A stretch of 64,000 nucleotides of DNA from a virus: IMG/VR virus record IMGVR_UViG_3300022225_001767, one strand, 5' to 3'. Below, in pieces: positions 49,472-58,238 of this stretch. The first letter of the stretch is position 1, and every line of letters begins with the position of its first letter. Under the pieces are notes generated by a model, which worked only from the letters and a program-made list of their open reading frames with translations, was not told the origin of the DNA and made no database searches. The position numbers and the translations under genes were made by a program.

Positions 49472-49483
49472 ATGGAGCGCATT

Positions 49484-49810
49484 ATGGCGTTAACAGAGAA
49501 AGACAAGAAGCTATTAATCAACAAGCCTAACCGACACTTTGCTCGAACTGGCGACGGCATGGGCGTACGCATGATAGTGTGCAGCGCAACGCAAGCCATC
49601 CTTGATGTCTACGAAAGCGAACGTGACAATATTCAAGGCGAGCTGATCATTGTTCGTAACCGAAAGGATGAAACCCTGGCGGCCTCCGCGCGAAACAGTG
49701 CCTGCAACGCCTTATTGGTCTTCACTTATCAACCTGACAGTTATTTTACATCGACTTGTTATGAAGTTACGCTATCCGATGCGCTACGCAAGCGTGCGTT
49801 AACTGATTAA
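49484..49810 (+). CDS. Hypothetical protein
   Basis: ATG after GGAG SD. Confidence 0.7.
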   Translation: MALTEKDKKLLINKPNRHFARTGDGMGVRMIVCSATQAILDVYESERDNIQGELIIVRNRKDETLAASARNSACNALLVFTYQPDSYFTSTCYEVTLSDALRKRALTD

Positions 49811-49825
49811 TTACCACGGGAACCT

Positions 49826-50452
49826 ATGATGTCGCCAACAGAATTTATGCCGCCTTTATTGTGGTTGCTACCGCAGGAAAAGTACCGTTTTTACTTTTCA
49901 CAAACCAGCAAGAATGCTTCAGGCAGTCAAAAAACCAACTCGCGTCAGAGCGGGATGGAAATCGCCGTCAGTGCAGCCGACATGGTAGCCTACGTCGGCA
50001 AGGCTATCCCAGAACATTTACGTCACCTTACTCACGTACAGAACGCGCAAGGGGCATTTATTTGGAGTGCAAAACACGGTTGGGAAAACGAGTGGTTTGT
50101 TGAACTTGTTGGACAGTGGGTCGCGCTGATTGATGCGGGTATGGAGGTTAATAACCAGAGCATTGAATCCCTTGCCCAAAATAATGTTAGCCTACCTTAT
50201 TGTCTTGACTGTGTGTTTGACGACACCCCATTTACACCCAAATTTGATATAGGTTTTGACGACGCTACGCAGCGTGTAAAGCTCACCATGAAGCTCAATT
50301 GGCCTCTTGATGAACCTCGAACACCGATTGATAGCGCGACCTTGCTACTGCCAGCAGACCCGCATACGCTGTTTGATGTTCGCCGTAGCGATGGTGAAAC
50401 TATCCGTGGACGACTTGAAGACGGCCTATTACCTAGCGCATTACGCGCATAA
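49826..50452 (+). CDS. Hypothetical protein
   Basis: 208 aa ORF. Confidence 0.75.
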   Translation: MMSPTEFMPPLLWLLPQEKYRFYFSQTSKNASGSQKTNSRQSGMEIAVSAADMVAYVGKAIPEHLRHLTHVQNAQGAFIWSAKHGWENEWFVELVGQWVALIDAGMEVNNQSIESLAQNNVSLPYCLDCVFDDTPFTPKFDIGFDDATQRVKLTMKLNWPLDEPRTPIDSATLLLPADPHTLFDVRRSDGETIRGRLEDGLLPSALRA

Positions 50453-50472
50453 CGTTATCACTGGAATGCACG

Positions 50473-50688
50473 ATGAAACTTGTCGACCGAATATTGGCCC
50501 ATTTGCGAACGCAGCCTAATGGAAGCGATTCCGACTGGGGGATAATGAACGCGCTTTATCCTGACGCGCAACAAGGCACTCCATCGAATGGCGCACGCAT
50601 CGCCAACATCCGGCGAACGGTTCACTCGCACGAAGACTTATGCTTCTCGCAGAATGACAGTCGAATAGTGCTGCTTATTGAAAGATAA
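50473..50688 (+). CDS. Small hypothetical protein
   Basis: 71 aa, GGA SD. Confidence 0.6.
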   Translation: MKLVDRILAHLRTQPNGSDSDWGIMNALYPDAQQGTPSNGARIANIRRTVHSHEDLCFSQNDSRIVLLIER

Positions 50689-50718
50689 GCTTCTTAAACC
50701 TCACAATATTTCGTTAAC

Positions 50719-50745
50719 AAAAAGCGCCATTTTAGGCGTTTTTTT
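50719..50745 (+). terminator. Intrinsic terminator
   Basis: AAAAAGCGCC-ATTTTA-GGCGTTTTTTT. Confidence 0.75.
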
Positions 50746-50781
50746 GTTGACTTTCATGTTCAATACTGCCAAAATGAAAAT

Positions 50782-50965
50782 GCTTCACAGTGATGTGCGG
50801 CAAACACAGGTGAGAACCTAGCAGCCTTCCGGCGCCATGCGCTTGCAAATATCATTAACGATGAACATTACGCTATCATTTAGCAATCCACGTTTACATT
50901 ATGAACTGTAGCGTGTCATCACCCCGGGAAGGCAAGAAAAAGACACGCAATACGGAGAATGATGT
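50782..50965 (+). ncRNA. Structured 5' leader F (pseudoknot-like family)
   Basis: Promoter TTGACT 50747 / CAAAAT 50770. GCCTTCC 50824 pairs with GGAAGGC 50927, in the loop of GCGTGTC 50911 / GACACGC 50942. Confidence 0.6.
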
Positions 50966-51778
50966 ATGAACACACCTAAGTTATTTTTTACCACGCTTGT
51001 TAATGCTCTGCGCACTAAAGATGATGCAAAGGCATTGCGTCAGCACATGAATGACGTGAACGCCAAGCACTTCGGAAACACCCAAAAACCCGCCAAATTG
51101 TTCGCTTATTTCGCTGACATGATGGGCACATCAAACGCAAACAAGCTATCAGCGTTACTTGATGAAAAAGTCAGCGACAATTTTGACGATCCTGCAACCT
51201 TCATCAGCACACTACTTAGCCCCATGATGTCGCGTGTTGCGCGTGTTGGCGAAGTGGGTAGAGTGATTTCAGGTAGCGACCCAGCCCCTAGCTGGTTTAT
51301 GAACCTTCCATTATTAACCATAAAAACGACGGGATACACCGACGATCCTGAAAAAACCACCTGCTATCTTGGCGTTATTATCAACGTTGAATACTCTAGG
51401 GCCTTCGGTAAACTTCTCGTTGATGCGACATTAAAACTGTTTGATGATGCTGATCTCTCTGCCTGTGATATTGGGTACGAAGTAGAACTTGAAACGCAAA
51501 ATGACATCACCGAATACTTTAGCAGCGAGATGGAAATGGGATTTGGTCAAGCGACAAGCATCTCACTTCATGAGGGCGGCAAATTATTCTCCTCGTTAAC
51601 TGGATTAACAACCTCTACGTTTGATGAAGGTGACGACCCCATTATTCCCTTTCTCGTCAGCGGGATTGGCCATGAGCTCATTCGAACATTGTCGCCGGTG
51701 TGCGATTTAACGTTAAATTGCGGTGACATCGCATGCCAACAGATGTTTTTAGCATCCGGTAAAATAGAAAAACGTTAA
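50966..51778 (+). CDS. Protein with Glyoxalase_8-like N-terminal helical motif
   Basis: QKPAKLFAYFADMMGTSNANKLSALL; GGAG SD. Confidence 0.6.
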   Translation: MNTPKLFFTTLVNALRTKDDAKALRQHMNDVNAKHFGNTQKPAKLFAYFADMMGTSNANKLSALLDEKVSDNFDDPATFISTLLSPMMSRVARVGEVGRVISGSDPAPSWFMNLPLLTIKTTGYTDDPEKTTCYLGVIINVEYSRAFGKLLVDATLKLFDDADLSACDIGYEVELETQNDITEYFSSEMEMGFGQATSISLHEGGKLFSSLTGLTTSTFDEGDDPIIPFLVSGIGHELIRTLSPVCDLTLNCGDIACQQMFLASGKIEKR

Positions 51779-51899
51779 TTTGTTCATAAAAAAACGCCAC
51801 CGGCAACCTGGTGGCGCTTGTGTTCTTTATCGAAAATCGTCGAGAAAACCCCGTGAACAGAGCGAAGCGATGTCGCTGGGTAGTTCACTTTAGAGGTGA

Positions 51900-51946
51900 T
51901 TGACTACCTACACTGCCTGTGAGACAATGGCTATTGTCAACACAAC
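51900..51946 (+). promoter_or_regulatory. Repeated promoter + GTCAACACAAC leader
   Basis: TTGACT 51900, TGAGACAAT, GTCAAC 51936. Confidence 0.85.
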
Positions 51947-51960
51947 GTAGGTAATCATTT

Positions 51961-52677
51961 ATGACATGCTCTCACCACCCAATGCCAGAGTTACAGGTAA
52001 GCTACCATGATGCCTCTTGCATTATTGACGGTAAAGGAATTTCTTTTGTTGACGACAATCTCATCATGCACTCAGGGCTTCATGAGCTGGGTATGACATA
52101 TGTTATCGCCAACAGCCTCCAAAAGAACGACCAAGAAAATCACATCTTTCTTAGGCGTGCCGACATGGTGCCTGATGGCATTATTGATACAATAAAAACG
52201 ACTGTTAATGTAAAAAGGAATCACTTAACACTCTATCGCAAAGATGTGGCGGACTTCTTTCACGACGCAACCGGCTTTTTCGTCACTTACTTTGAACATG
52301 GTATTGGGATAACTAAGCTTCATAGCGCTGGTGGCCCTTGCGTTAAACAAAACGTCTATGCCACCGTGGTAACCCCAGATGGCGAATCTTTTACCGGCAC
52401 AAACCTTTGCCGCAACCCTCAAAAGGTATGCCCTCGTGAGGTGCAGGGCATGAAATCCGGCGAAGGATACGAACTTTGTCAAAGCGTGTGCCAGCAGGAC
52501 GGGCACGCAGAGGTTAATGCGCTTCGTGCGGCGGGAAATAAAGCAAAAGGCAGCATCCTGTACCTCTCTGGTCACCTCTATGCCTGTGGTGGCTGCCAGT
52601 CAGCGATAAAAGAAGCGAACATTGCAGAACTTCGCATCATGAACAATCGCGTTCCTTTCTATCGCTCAAAACCATAA
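51961..52677 (+). CDS. Zinc-dependent cytidine/dCMP-deaminase-family protein with extra N-terminal domain
   Basis: GHAEVNAL and ACGGC zinc ligands; C.K..V.A and CPR…C dCMP-deaminase-like elements. Confidence 0.75.
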   Translation: MTCSHHPMPELQVSYHDASCIIDGKGISFVDDNLIMHSGLHELGMTYVIANSLQKNDQENHIFLRRADMVPDGIIDTIKTTVNVKRNHLTLYRKDVADFFHDATGFFVTYFEHGIGITKLHSAGGPCVKQNVYATVVTPDGESFTGTNLCRNPQKVCPREVQGMKSGEGYELCQSVCQQDGHAEVNALRAAGNKAKGSILYLSGHLYACGGCQSAIKEANIAELRIMNNRVPFYRSKP

Positions 52678-52719
52678 ATAATAGTTGCATTGATGCCTGT
52701 ATTTTGTTAATATTTAACT

Positions 52720-52887
52720 GTCGCCGCTAATAGCGACTGCCTCCTCCGCCCTAACGGGTAAGGCCCATATTAGCAAGTTACACCGACCTGATTTTTATTG
52801 AAACTACTGTCACCAGCGGTTCTCCAATAACAGGCGCAAGGGAGGAACGAGCTGTTAAACTGAACCGAAAACGGAAACAGTACAATC
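52720..52887 (+). ncRNA. Structured 5' leader G (pseudoknot-like family)
   Basis: Promoter TTGCAT 52685 / TAATAT 52708. TCCTCC 52742 pairs with GGAGGA 52841, in the loop of CGGTTC..TAACAG / CTGTTA..GAACCG. Confidence 0.55.
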
Positions 52888-53817
52888 ATGAAATTCACTA
52901 CTTCATTTATCAATGCGGCCCTTACACGTCTACGTAACAGCATGACGCTTCATACCTCACGCGATCGTGTTTCCGCTGCCATTAAGCAGATGGCCTACAA
53001 AGCCAATGATGAGGACAAAACACAACTCGATACGCTACGCCATCAACTCGATACGCTTACGCTTGAAGATGCACCGATGGACAGAAAGCGCGCGCAAGAA
53101 ACATTGGCAACGATCCTTACCGGTCAGAATTATGCCCTTTTGAAGCGCGATGCAGATGCGCCACTCTCGCCCACGCACAATGATTTTAATGCGGCGAAGG
53201 GTATGTTGAACAACGCATTGAGCATGATCAATGATATGCAACATTATGAGCGAGAATCTGAACGCGCTTACAATAAGCTACTTAAATTGTTAACCGACAA
53301 TGCAGGTGATGCAGCTGCTGTAAAAGGAGATGCGCTTTCACCATGGACGAGCAATGCAGCCCTGTGCGCTTACTACCGCGACAAACTCATTGAACACAAA
53401 TCGTCGTTTAAATTCCGCATTAAAGACCTAGACGGCCCCATGTTTAGCCGTTCAGGCAGTGATGCCTATGAGGTTAAGGTTTCTTTCCTTTTTGGTGGCC
53501 ACAGCATCAATGTTCTTTGGGAAGTTAAAAACAATGAGTATGCTGAGTTTGACGATGAGTTTGTTTCTGTTGAACTTGATGGCGACGACATTGAATCTGT
53601 CACATCCAGTGAACCGTGCAACAATGGGCATTATGTTTTTGACTTATTCAACGACATAATGTCAGATTACTTACGCGACAACGTTCGGTTAGGTGACGAT
53701 GACGTGTGCTCTCCTGATGAAGCATCACGTGACGCCGAGAGGGAACTCGCTTTGCAAGCGTTGACAATGGGTCACCGTTGGTTCGAGAAGCAAAAAAAGA
53801 GAGAAAAACACTCGTGA
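52888..53817 (+). CDS. Protein with Glyoxalase_8-like helical motif and acidic C-terminal domain
   Basis: MDRKRAQETLATILTGQNYALLK. Confidence 0.6.
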   Translation: MKFTTSFINAALTRLRNSMTLHTSRDRVSAAIKQMAYKANDEDKTQLDTLRHQLDTLTLEDAPMDRKRAQETLATILTGQNYALLKRDADAPLSPTHNDFNAAKGMLNNALSMINDMQHYERESERAYNKLLKLLTDNAGDAAAVKGDALSPWTSNAALCAYYRDKLIEHKSSFKFRIKDLDGPMFSRSGSDAYEVKVSFLFGGHSINVLWEVKNNEYAEFDDEFVSVELDGDDIESVTSSEPCNNGHYVFDLFNDIMSDYLRDNVRLGDDDVCSPDEASRDAERELALQALTMGHRWFEKQKKREKHS

Positions 53818-54440
53818 ATTTAATAAAAGAGGTGGCGGCATTGTCGCCACTTCGCCGTAATCAACAAATCATGTCGTTCTACCTACTGTTTGTCAATGCG
53901 TTGCTTGGCGCAGCAATTGTCATGCTGTACGTTGATTTATTTAATGCAGATGGACTAGTGCTTAAAAACTATGCGCTGTCAGTACTTGGCCTTGCTATTT
54001 TCATTCCTGCCTTAGGGAAAATGGCTAAAGAGCATCCTATGAAAACCTTTCATATCGCCATTGGTTTTGAGGTGCTCGCTTTTGTTTTCTATATGCTTAC
54101 AATCTATGACGTTTTTCCTCACGTGATATTGCCGATTGCGACAATTGTTACGTATTCTTCAAATATTATTATGTCGCCCATACTCAACCAAACCACCAGC
54201 ATTGTTACCGCAGGTTGCGCTGACTATTCGTTACTTAAATCAAAGCTTGATATGCTCTATACCGCAATAGGTGCGGCGGTAGGTGCCTGCTTTGTGATCT
54301 TTGACGTCCACCTTACCGTCGTCATGGTAAGTTACGCGTCAGCATTGATTATGGCGCGCTATTATCGCCACAAAGTGTTAACTGAAATATATAAGGACAC
54401 GCCAGAAAACATCCTTGATGGCGACGCCTCAAAAGCATAA
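53814..54440 (+). CDS. Polytopic membrane protein (about 6 TM helices)
   Basis: GTG start overlapping the previous stop; hydrophobic helices. Confidence 0.7.
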   Translation: MNLIKEVAALSPLRRNQQIMSFYLLFVNALLGAAIVMLYVDLFNADGLVLKNYALSVLGLAIFIPALGKMAKEHPMKTFHIAIGFEVLAFVFYMLTIYDVFPHVILPIATIVTYSSNIIMSPILNQTTSIVTAGCADYSLLKSKLDMLYTAIGAAVGACFVIFDVHLTVVMVSYASALIMARYYRHKVLTEIYKDTPENILDGDASKA

Positions 54441-54445
54441 AAAGA

Positions 54446-54493
54446 TTGCATTTAGCCTCTCTTTTTGAGACAATAAAAACGTCAACACAACAG
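54446..54493 (+). promoter_or_regulatory. Repeated promoter + GTCAACACAACAG leader
   Basis: TTGCAT 54446, TGAGACAAT, GTCAAC 54481. Confidence 0.85.
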
Positions 54494-54503
54494 GAGAAAC
54501 TTC

Positions 54504-55004
54504 ATGCCAACATCTGTTTATCCGGCAGAGCACCCGGTAGCGATACAAGATAGCTTCGCATTGCCTTTGCGTGTCGTCAGCGAGCAGGTTGTCGCGTTAG
54601 ATAAGATTGCTACCATACTGGCAACGAATCTGTCGAAAAGCGACTTGCTGAGTGAAACGTGTATCACCGCACACCGCACTGCTATCACTAATATGCTGTC
54701 ATTCCGCGACGCCCTGATGGCGGCCGAGGATGCCGTGGGTTACCGCGACCAGAGTCGCCTGCTTACTGGCATTAGCGAAGCGCGAATTGTGACCGACCCG
54801 AATCCACCAGCATATACGGAAGAAGAGGAGTTTGACCTTCTCATTGAACAAGACATTCGTTTTCGCACCGTGTTTTCTGAGCTTGAGCGATTCAAAGACA
54901 CTTCACTTGTTGCGCCTGACTATCAAGACGCAATCACTGAGCTTAGCGCGTTCGTTTGCCAACACATTCGCTCAGCGAAGTATATCGTTCAAGCCTATCT
55001 TTAA
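54504..55004 (+). CDS. Hypothetical protein
   Basis: 166 aa, AGGAG SD. Confidence 0.75.
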   Translation: MPTSVYPAEHPVAIQDSFALPLRVVSEQVVALDKIATILATNLSKSDLLSETCITAHRTAITNMLSFRDALMAAEDAVGYRDQSRLLTGISEARIVTDPNPPAYTEEEEFDLLIEQDIRFRTVFSELERFKDTSLVAPDYQDAITELSAFVCQHIRSAKYIVQAYL

Positions 55005-55047
55005 TTAATGGAGGGCGGCACATCGGCCGCTCTCAAGAGGACTTCTT

Positions 55048-55305
55048 ATGTCAGATACACTATTTAAGTCGAGCTACTACGATCAGTACTTTACGGAAGA
55101 TTGCGTTGAACGTGCGCTTGAGGAATATGAAAGCTTCTGCAAACGTGACAACTTGCCATTTGAGATCGGTGACGATGTGGAACACGCCCTCGAAGCGCTT
55201 AAAATGGAACGTGATGCAGGTGAGGACGCGATGCTAAACACCGTGATGTACCACGCCATTGAAATCATGGGCATGGAAAACCCTAATGATGATGACGATG
55301 ATTAG
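55048..55305 (+). CDS. Small, highly acidic protein
   Basis: 85 aa, very D/E-rich, GAGG SD. Confidence 0.75.
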   Translation: MSDTLFKSSYYDQYFTEDCVERALEEYESFCKRDNLPFEIGDDVEHALEALKMERDAGEDAMLNTVMYHAIEIMGMENPNDDDDD

Positions 55306-55348
55306 TTTAATGAGTGATTGCTGGTTCCGACAGCGATAGCCACGACAA

Positions 55349-55693
55349 ATGAACTCAATTCATCGCAAACAAGATAAGGCCCGGGTCGACACCATTGTCA
55401 TCCCAGCCTATTACATCCCATTGTCGAGTATACGTCGCCTGTATAAGCGATATGCTCACCCACAGCATGACACGGGCTCATTGTGCAACATCATCGAGAA
55501 CGTGGCATTACTCGCCTCTGAGCTTAAGCAAACACAGGTGGAGATAGAGCACCTTCAAGCGCGCGTCGTTGGCGACATGACACGTATATCGGCGTTACAA
55601 CAACACTACCACCTTGTACTTAATCTCAAAGCGCACGTTCATCAATTTGGTAGCGCACGGGAAACCACGTTAGCGCTGACGATGCTTGGCTAA
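55349..55693 (+). CDS. Hypothetical protein
   Basis: 114 aa ORF. Confidence 0.6.
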   Translation: MNSIHRKQDKARVDTIVIPAYYIPLSSIRRLYKRYAHPQHDTGSLCNIIENVALLASELKQTQVEIEHLQARVVGDMTRISALQQHYHLVLNLKAHVHQFGSARETTLALTMLG

Positions 55694-55706
55694 CCACATT
55701 GACATG

Positions 55707-55752
55707 TTGACATCACTCACAGAATTTGAGACACTGACATTGTCAACACAAC
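55707..55752 (+). promoter_or_regulatory. Repeated promoter + GTCAACACAAC leader
   Basis: TTGACA 55707, TGAGACACT, GTCAAC 55742. Confidence 0.9.
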
Positions 55753-55763
55753 AAGGAATACAC

Positions 55764-56189
55764 ATGCTTTCACATACCCCTATTTATAAAAACGACGACA
55801 AGCAAGCCGTACTTGGTTATGAGCTGTCATTTGCGCTACGCGTTGGTAACGTCAGCCTTAATGTGCTGTATGAAGAAGACGAAGATGGCTCCGCGTCAAT
55901 TGTCGTCAAAAGCGCCTACAAGCCACTGAACTTGACCGTTGATGTTGTTTTTGAAGATAAGCCAACACCCACCATCCAAAAAAATGACGACGAGCAAACA
56001 GCGACCGTTAATTTCCACGATTGCAGTGTTGTAGCAAGTTGGAAAAGGTTGCCTTCATGCACTGACGGCAACGGCTTTATTCAAGTTGAAATTGTTGAGA
56101 CCGACATTGATGGCTCTAAGGCTGTCCTCGCTGAAGCAGGATTAAGCGGTTTAGGTATTTTGCAACTTGATGGGGTGCGCCTGCTATGA
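55764..56189 (+). CDS. Hypothetical protein
   Basis: ATG after AAGGA SD. Confidence 0.75.
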   Translation: MLSHTPIYKNDDKQAVLGYELSFALRVGNVSLNVLYEEDEDGSASIVVKSAYKPLNLTVDVVFEDKPTPTIQKNDDEQTATVNFHDCSVVASWKRLPSCTDGNGFIQVEIVETDIDGSKAVLAEAGLSGLGILQLDGVRLL

Positions 56190-56605
56190 GTCTCTTAGAT
56201 CGTGTTTTGTCATCAAAAATCACACCGGCACCGCTGCCTGAAATAGCGGCGAAACTTGGGGCGTCTTACGATGATATTGAGGACCTCAACTTGCCTTTCT
56301 ATGACATCGCCACATCGAGCTATCCAGACAGTTACATCATTGTAAAAACGGCGCTGTATACGCATCAAAATGCTTCATGTATGATGCTGTCTAGCGATTT
56401 ATATGATGAGAACGGTAACGGTGATCATGTTGATTCATTGCTTGACGCAGAATCACCGTGCAGCTTCGCTTCTGGACTCATGGAGACATGGACGCTTGAT
56501 CTCAGTCTCAGTAAAGCGCGGATTGACGCCATCCGAGACATTGTGAAAGCAACGGTTGCCGCCAACCTTGACGGTGAGCTCGCAGAAGACTTTAAAAATT
56601 GGTAA
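56186..56605 (+). CDS. Acidic hypothetical protein
   Basis: ATGA overlap with the previous gene. Confidence 0.7.
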   Translation: MSLLDRVLSSKITPAPLPEIAAKLGASYDDIEDLNLPFYDIATSSYPDSYIIVKTALYTHQNASCMMLSSDLYDENGNGDHVDSLLDAESPCSFASGLMETWTLDLSLSKARIDAIRDIVKATVAANLDGELAEDFKNW

Positions 56606-56657
56606 TGATATGGCGAGAGCGCGTGCTTTCGCCACATCTCTTAAAAGGAAACTTATC

Positions 56658-56855
56658 ATGTTTAAAGAAGGTGAAAAGGTGCGTTTTATCAAGGCGCACG
56701 GCTCAATGAACGCTCACTTGAAAGCCCTAGAAGGACATGTTGGCACTGTATCATGTGACAGCTACTCGTATGGAAAAACGATGGTTCGATTCAACGATGC
56801 ACCCATGAAGCCTCAATTTAATATTGCCAATGAAAGGCTCGTCGCTGTGACGTGA
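56658..56855 (+). CDS. Small SH3/KOW-like hypothetical protein
   Basis: MFKEGEKVRF…GHVGTV…VRF; AAGGA SD. Confidence 0.6.
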   Translation: MFKEGEKVRFIKAHGSMNAHLKALEGHVGTVSCDSYSYGKTMVRFNDAPMKPQFNIANERLVAVT

Positions 56856-56865
56856 CACTAAAACA

Positions 56866-56911
56866 TTGACAACGCCCACATGTTTTGAGATACTTGATTT
56901 GTCAACACAAC
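56866..56911 (+). promoter_or_regulatory. Repeated promoter + GTCAACACAAC leader
   Basis: TTGACA 56866, TGAGATACT, GTCAAC 56901. Confidence 0.9.
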
Positions 56912-56925
56912 ATGGAGCGGCACTC

Positions 56926-57522
56926 ATGCCAACATTTACTATTTACCAAGAAACCGATGCACTGAACCCACGCGAAGCTGAGAACAAAGGCCGAATGCTG
57001 TGCAAACATCGTCGCTATATATTAGGCGATGTTGATGCTTCTGGTGATCTTTCAGATATGATTTCTGGGCATCCTGATTTTGATTCAGTATCTGCCGACT
57101 TTGACCGCCAAGATCCTGCATCATTGTTTCGACTGGCTCAAGGTTTAGGCATTATTGCCGTCTACTTGGAACTGCATCTTTACGACCACTCTGGCATCAC
57201 CATGTCAACGATCCCGTTCTCATGCGCTTTTGATAGCGGACAGGTCGGAGTCATTTACATGACGCACAGCGACATGGACACCTATTATGGCGGCACTGAA
57301 GCTCACCACTGCAACCAAGCTAAAGAACACATGAAAGCCGAGGTTAAAGCGTACGACGCCTTTATTTCGGAAGACACTTTCGGCTTTCTTCTGGTCGATG
57401 ATGACGGCACGATGATTTGCGAACGTTCTGGCTATGAAGGCTGTGACATCGAGTCTAATGGTATGCTCAATGACATTGATGCGCAATATCACGAGTTAGT
57501 GCGCAAGTCCGTAAACGCCTAG
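56926..57522 (+). CDS. Mobile-element-type hypothetical protein (LYDHSG…FSC.FDSGQVG motif)
   Basis: Motif I recall from uncharacterised phage/plasmid proteins; GGAG SD. Confidence 0.7.
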   Translation: MPTFTIYQETDALNPREAENKGRMLCKHRRYILGDVDASGDLSDMISGHPDFDSVSADFDRQDPASLFRLAQGLGIIAVYLELHLYDHSGITMSTIPFSCAFDSGQVGVIYMTHSDMDTYYGGTEAHHCNQAKEHMKAEVKAYDAFISEDTFGFLLVDDDGTMICERSGYEGCDIESNGMLNDIDAQYHELVRKSVNA

Positions 57523-57585
57523 GCACCATTTTCTTTTTTTGACTAAACCACAGGGCCGCGGTCAGCGGCCTAATAAGGAATTGCT

Positions 57586-57945
57586 ATGACGCAAAAAACA
57601 AGCTACATCAAAACCCAGCTGTCACGCCTAGAAAACAAAAACAGCGATGGCCTTAAACCTTCTGTTCAACTGTATGGAGCCGTATCCGGCAAGACGAACC
57701 AACTTAGCGTTTCGCCAACGCAACTTGATGCCATCTCAACCGTGTTAATGATGGACGATTCAGGCGATGAAGCAAGCGCCTCAGCGCAAGAAAATGTGGG
57801 CAACGCCATTGCACAAATGCTTGGACTAAAGACAGGTGCTGATGGCCGCTATGTTACCAACCGTGGGGCCAAAACCGCACGTGGGTTGGGCGCAACCGTA
57901 CTGCAAACGATGGCGGAATCATTAAAATCTACCGCCGAGTCCTAA
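57586..57945 (+). CDS. Hypothetical protein
   Basis: 119 aa, AAGGA SD. Confidence 0.7.
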   Translation: MTQKTSYIKTQLSRLENKNSDGLKPSVQLYGAVSGKTNQLSVSPTQLDAISTVLMMDDSGDEASASAQENVGNAIAQMLGLKTGADGRYVTNRGAKTARGLGATVLQTMAESLKSTAES

Positions 57946-57966
57946 TTAATAATCAATCAACAACAC

Positions 57967-58005
57967 AGAAGCGAGTTTCCCCCGCCATAACCTCGCTTCT
58001 TTTTT
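57967..58005 (+). terminator. Intrinsic terminator
   Basis: AGAAGCGAG…CTCGCTTCT followed by TTTTT. Confidence 0.7.
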
Positions 58006-58040
58006 ATTGACATTTTAATCAATACTGGTATTATTAACAC

Positions 58041-58238
58041 AAGTTTCGAGAGCGTTACGACGCTATGACCGAAATGTGTGTTGCAGCACACGCCGCCTAC
58101 CGCCCTTTGGGTGTTTGTTTTATACAGACCGGCCACTCTTGCACCATTGAATGCACACTTACGTTTATAATCGTTTACCGCGTGAGGCTTCAAGGTTAAT
58201 TGGTAGGGCTTGAACATTCACATTCGGAGAACGCTATT
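58041..58238 (+). ncRNA. Structured 5' leader H (pseudoknot-like family)
   Basis: Promoter TTGACA 58007 / TATTAT 58029. CCTACC 58096 pairs with GGTAGG 58202, in the loop of GTGA..TTCAAG / CTTGAA..TCAC. Confidence 0.55.
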
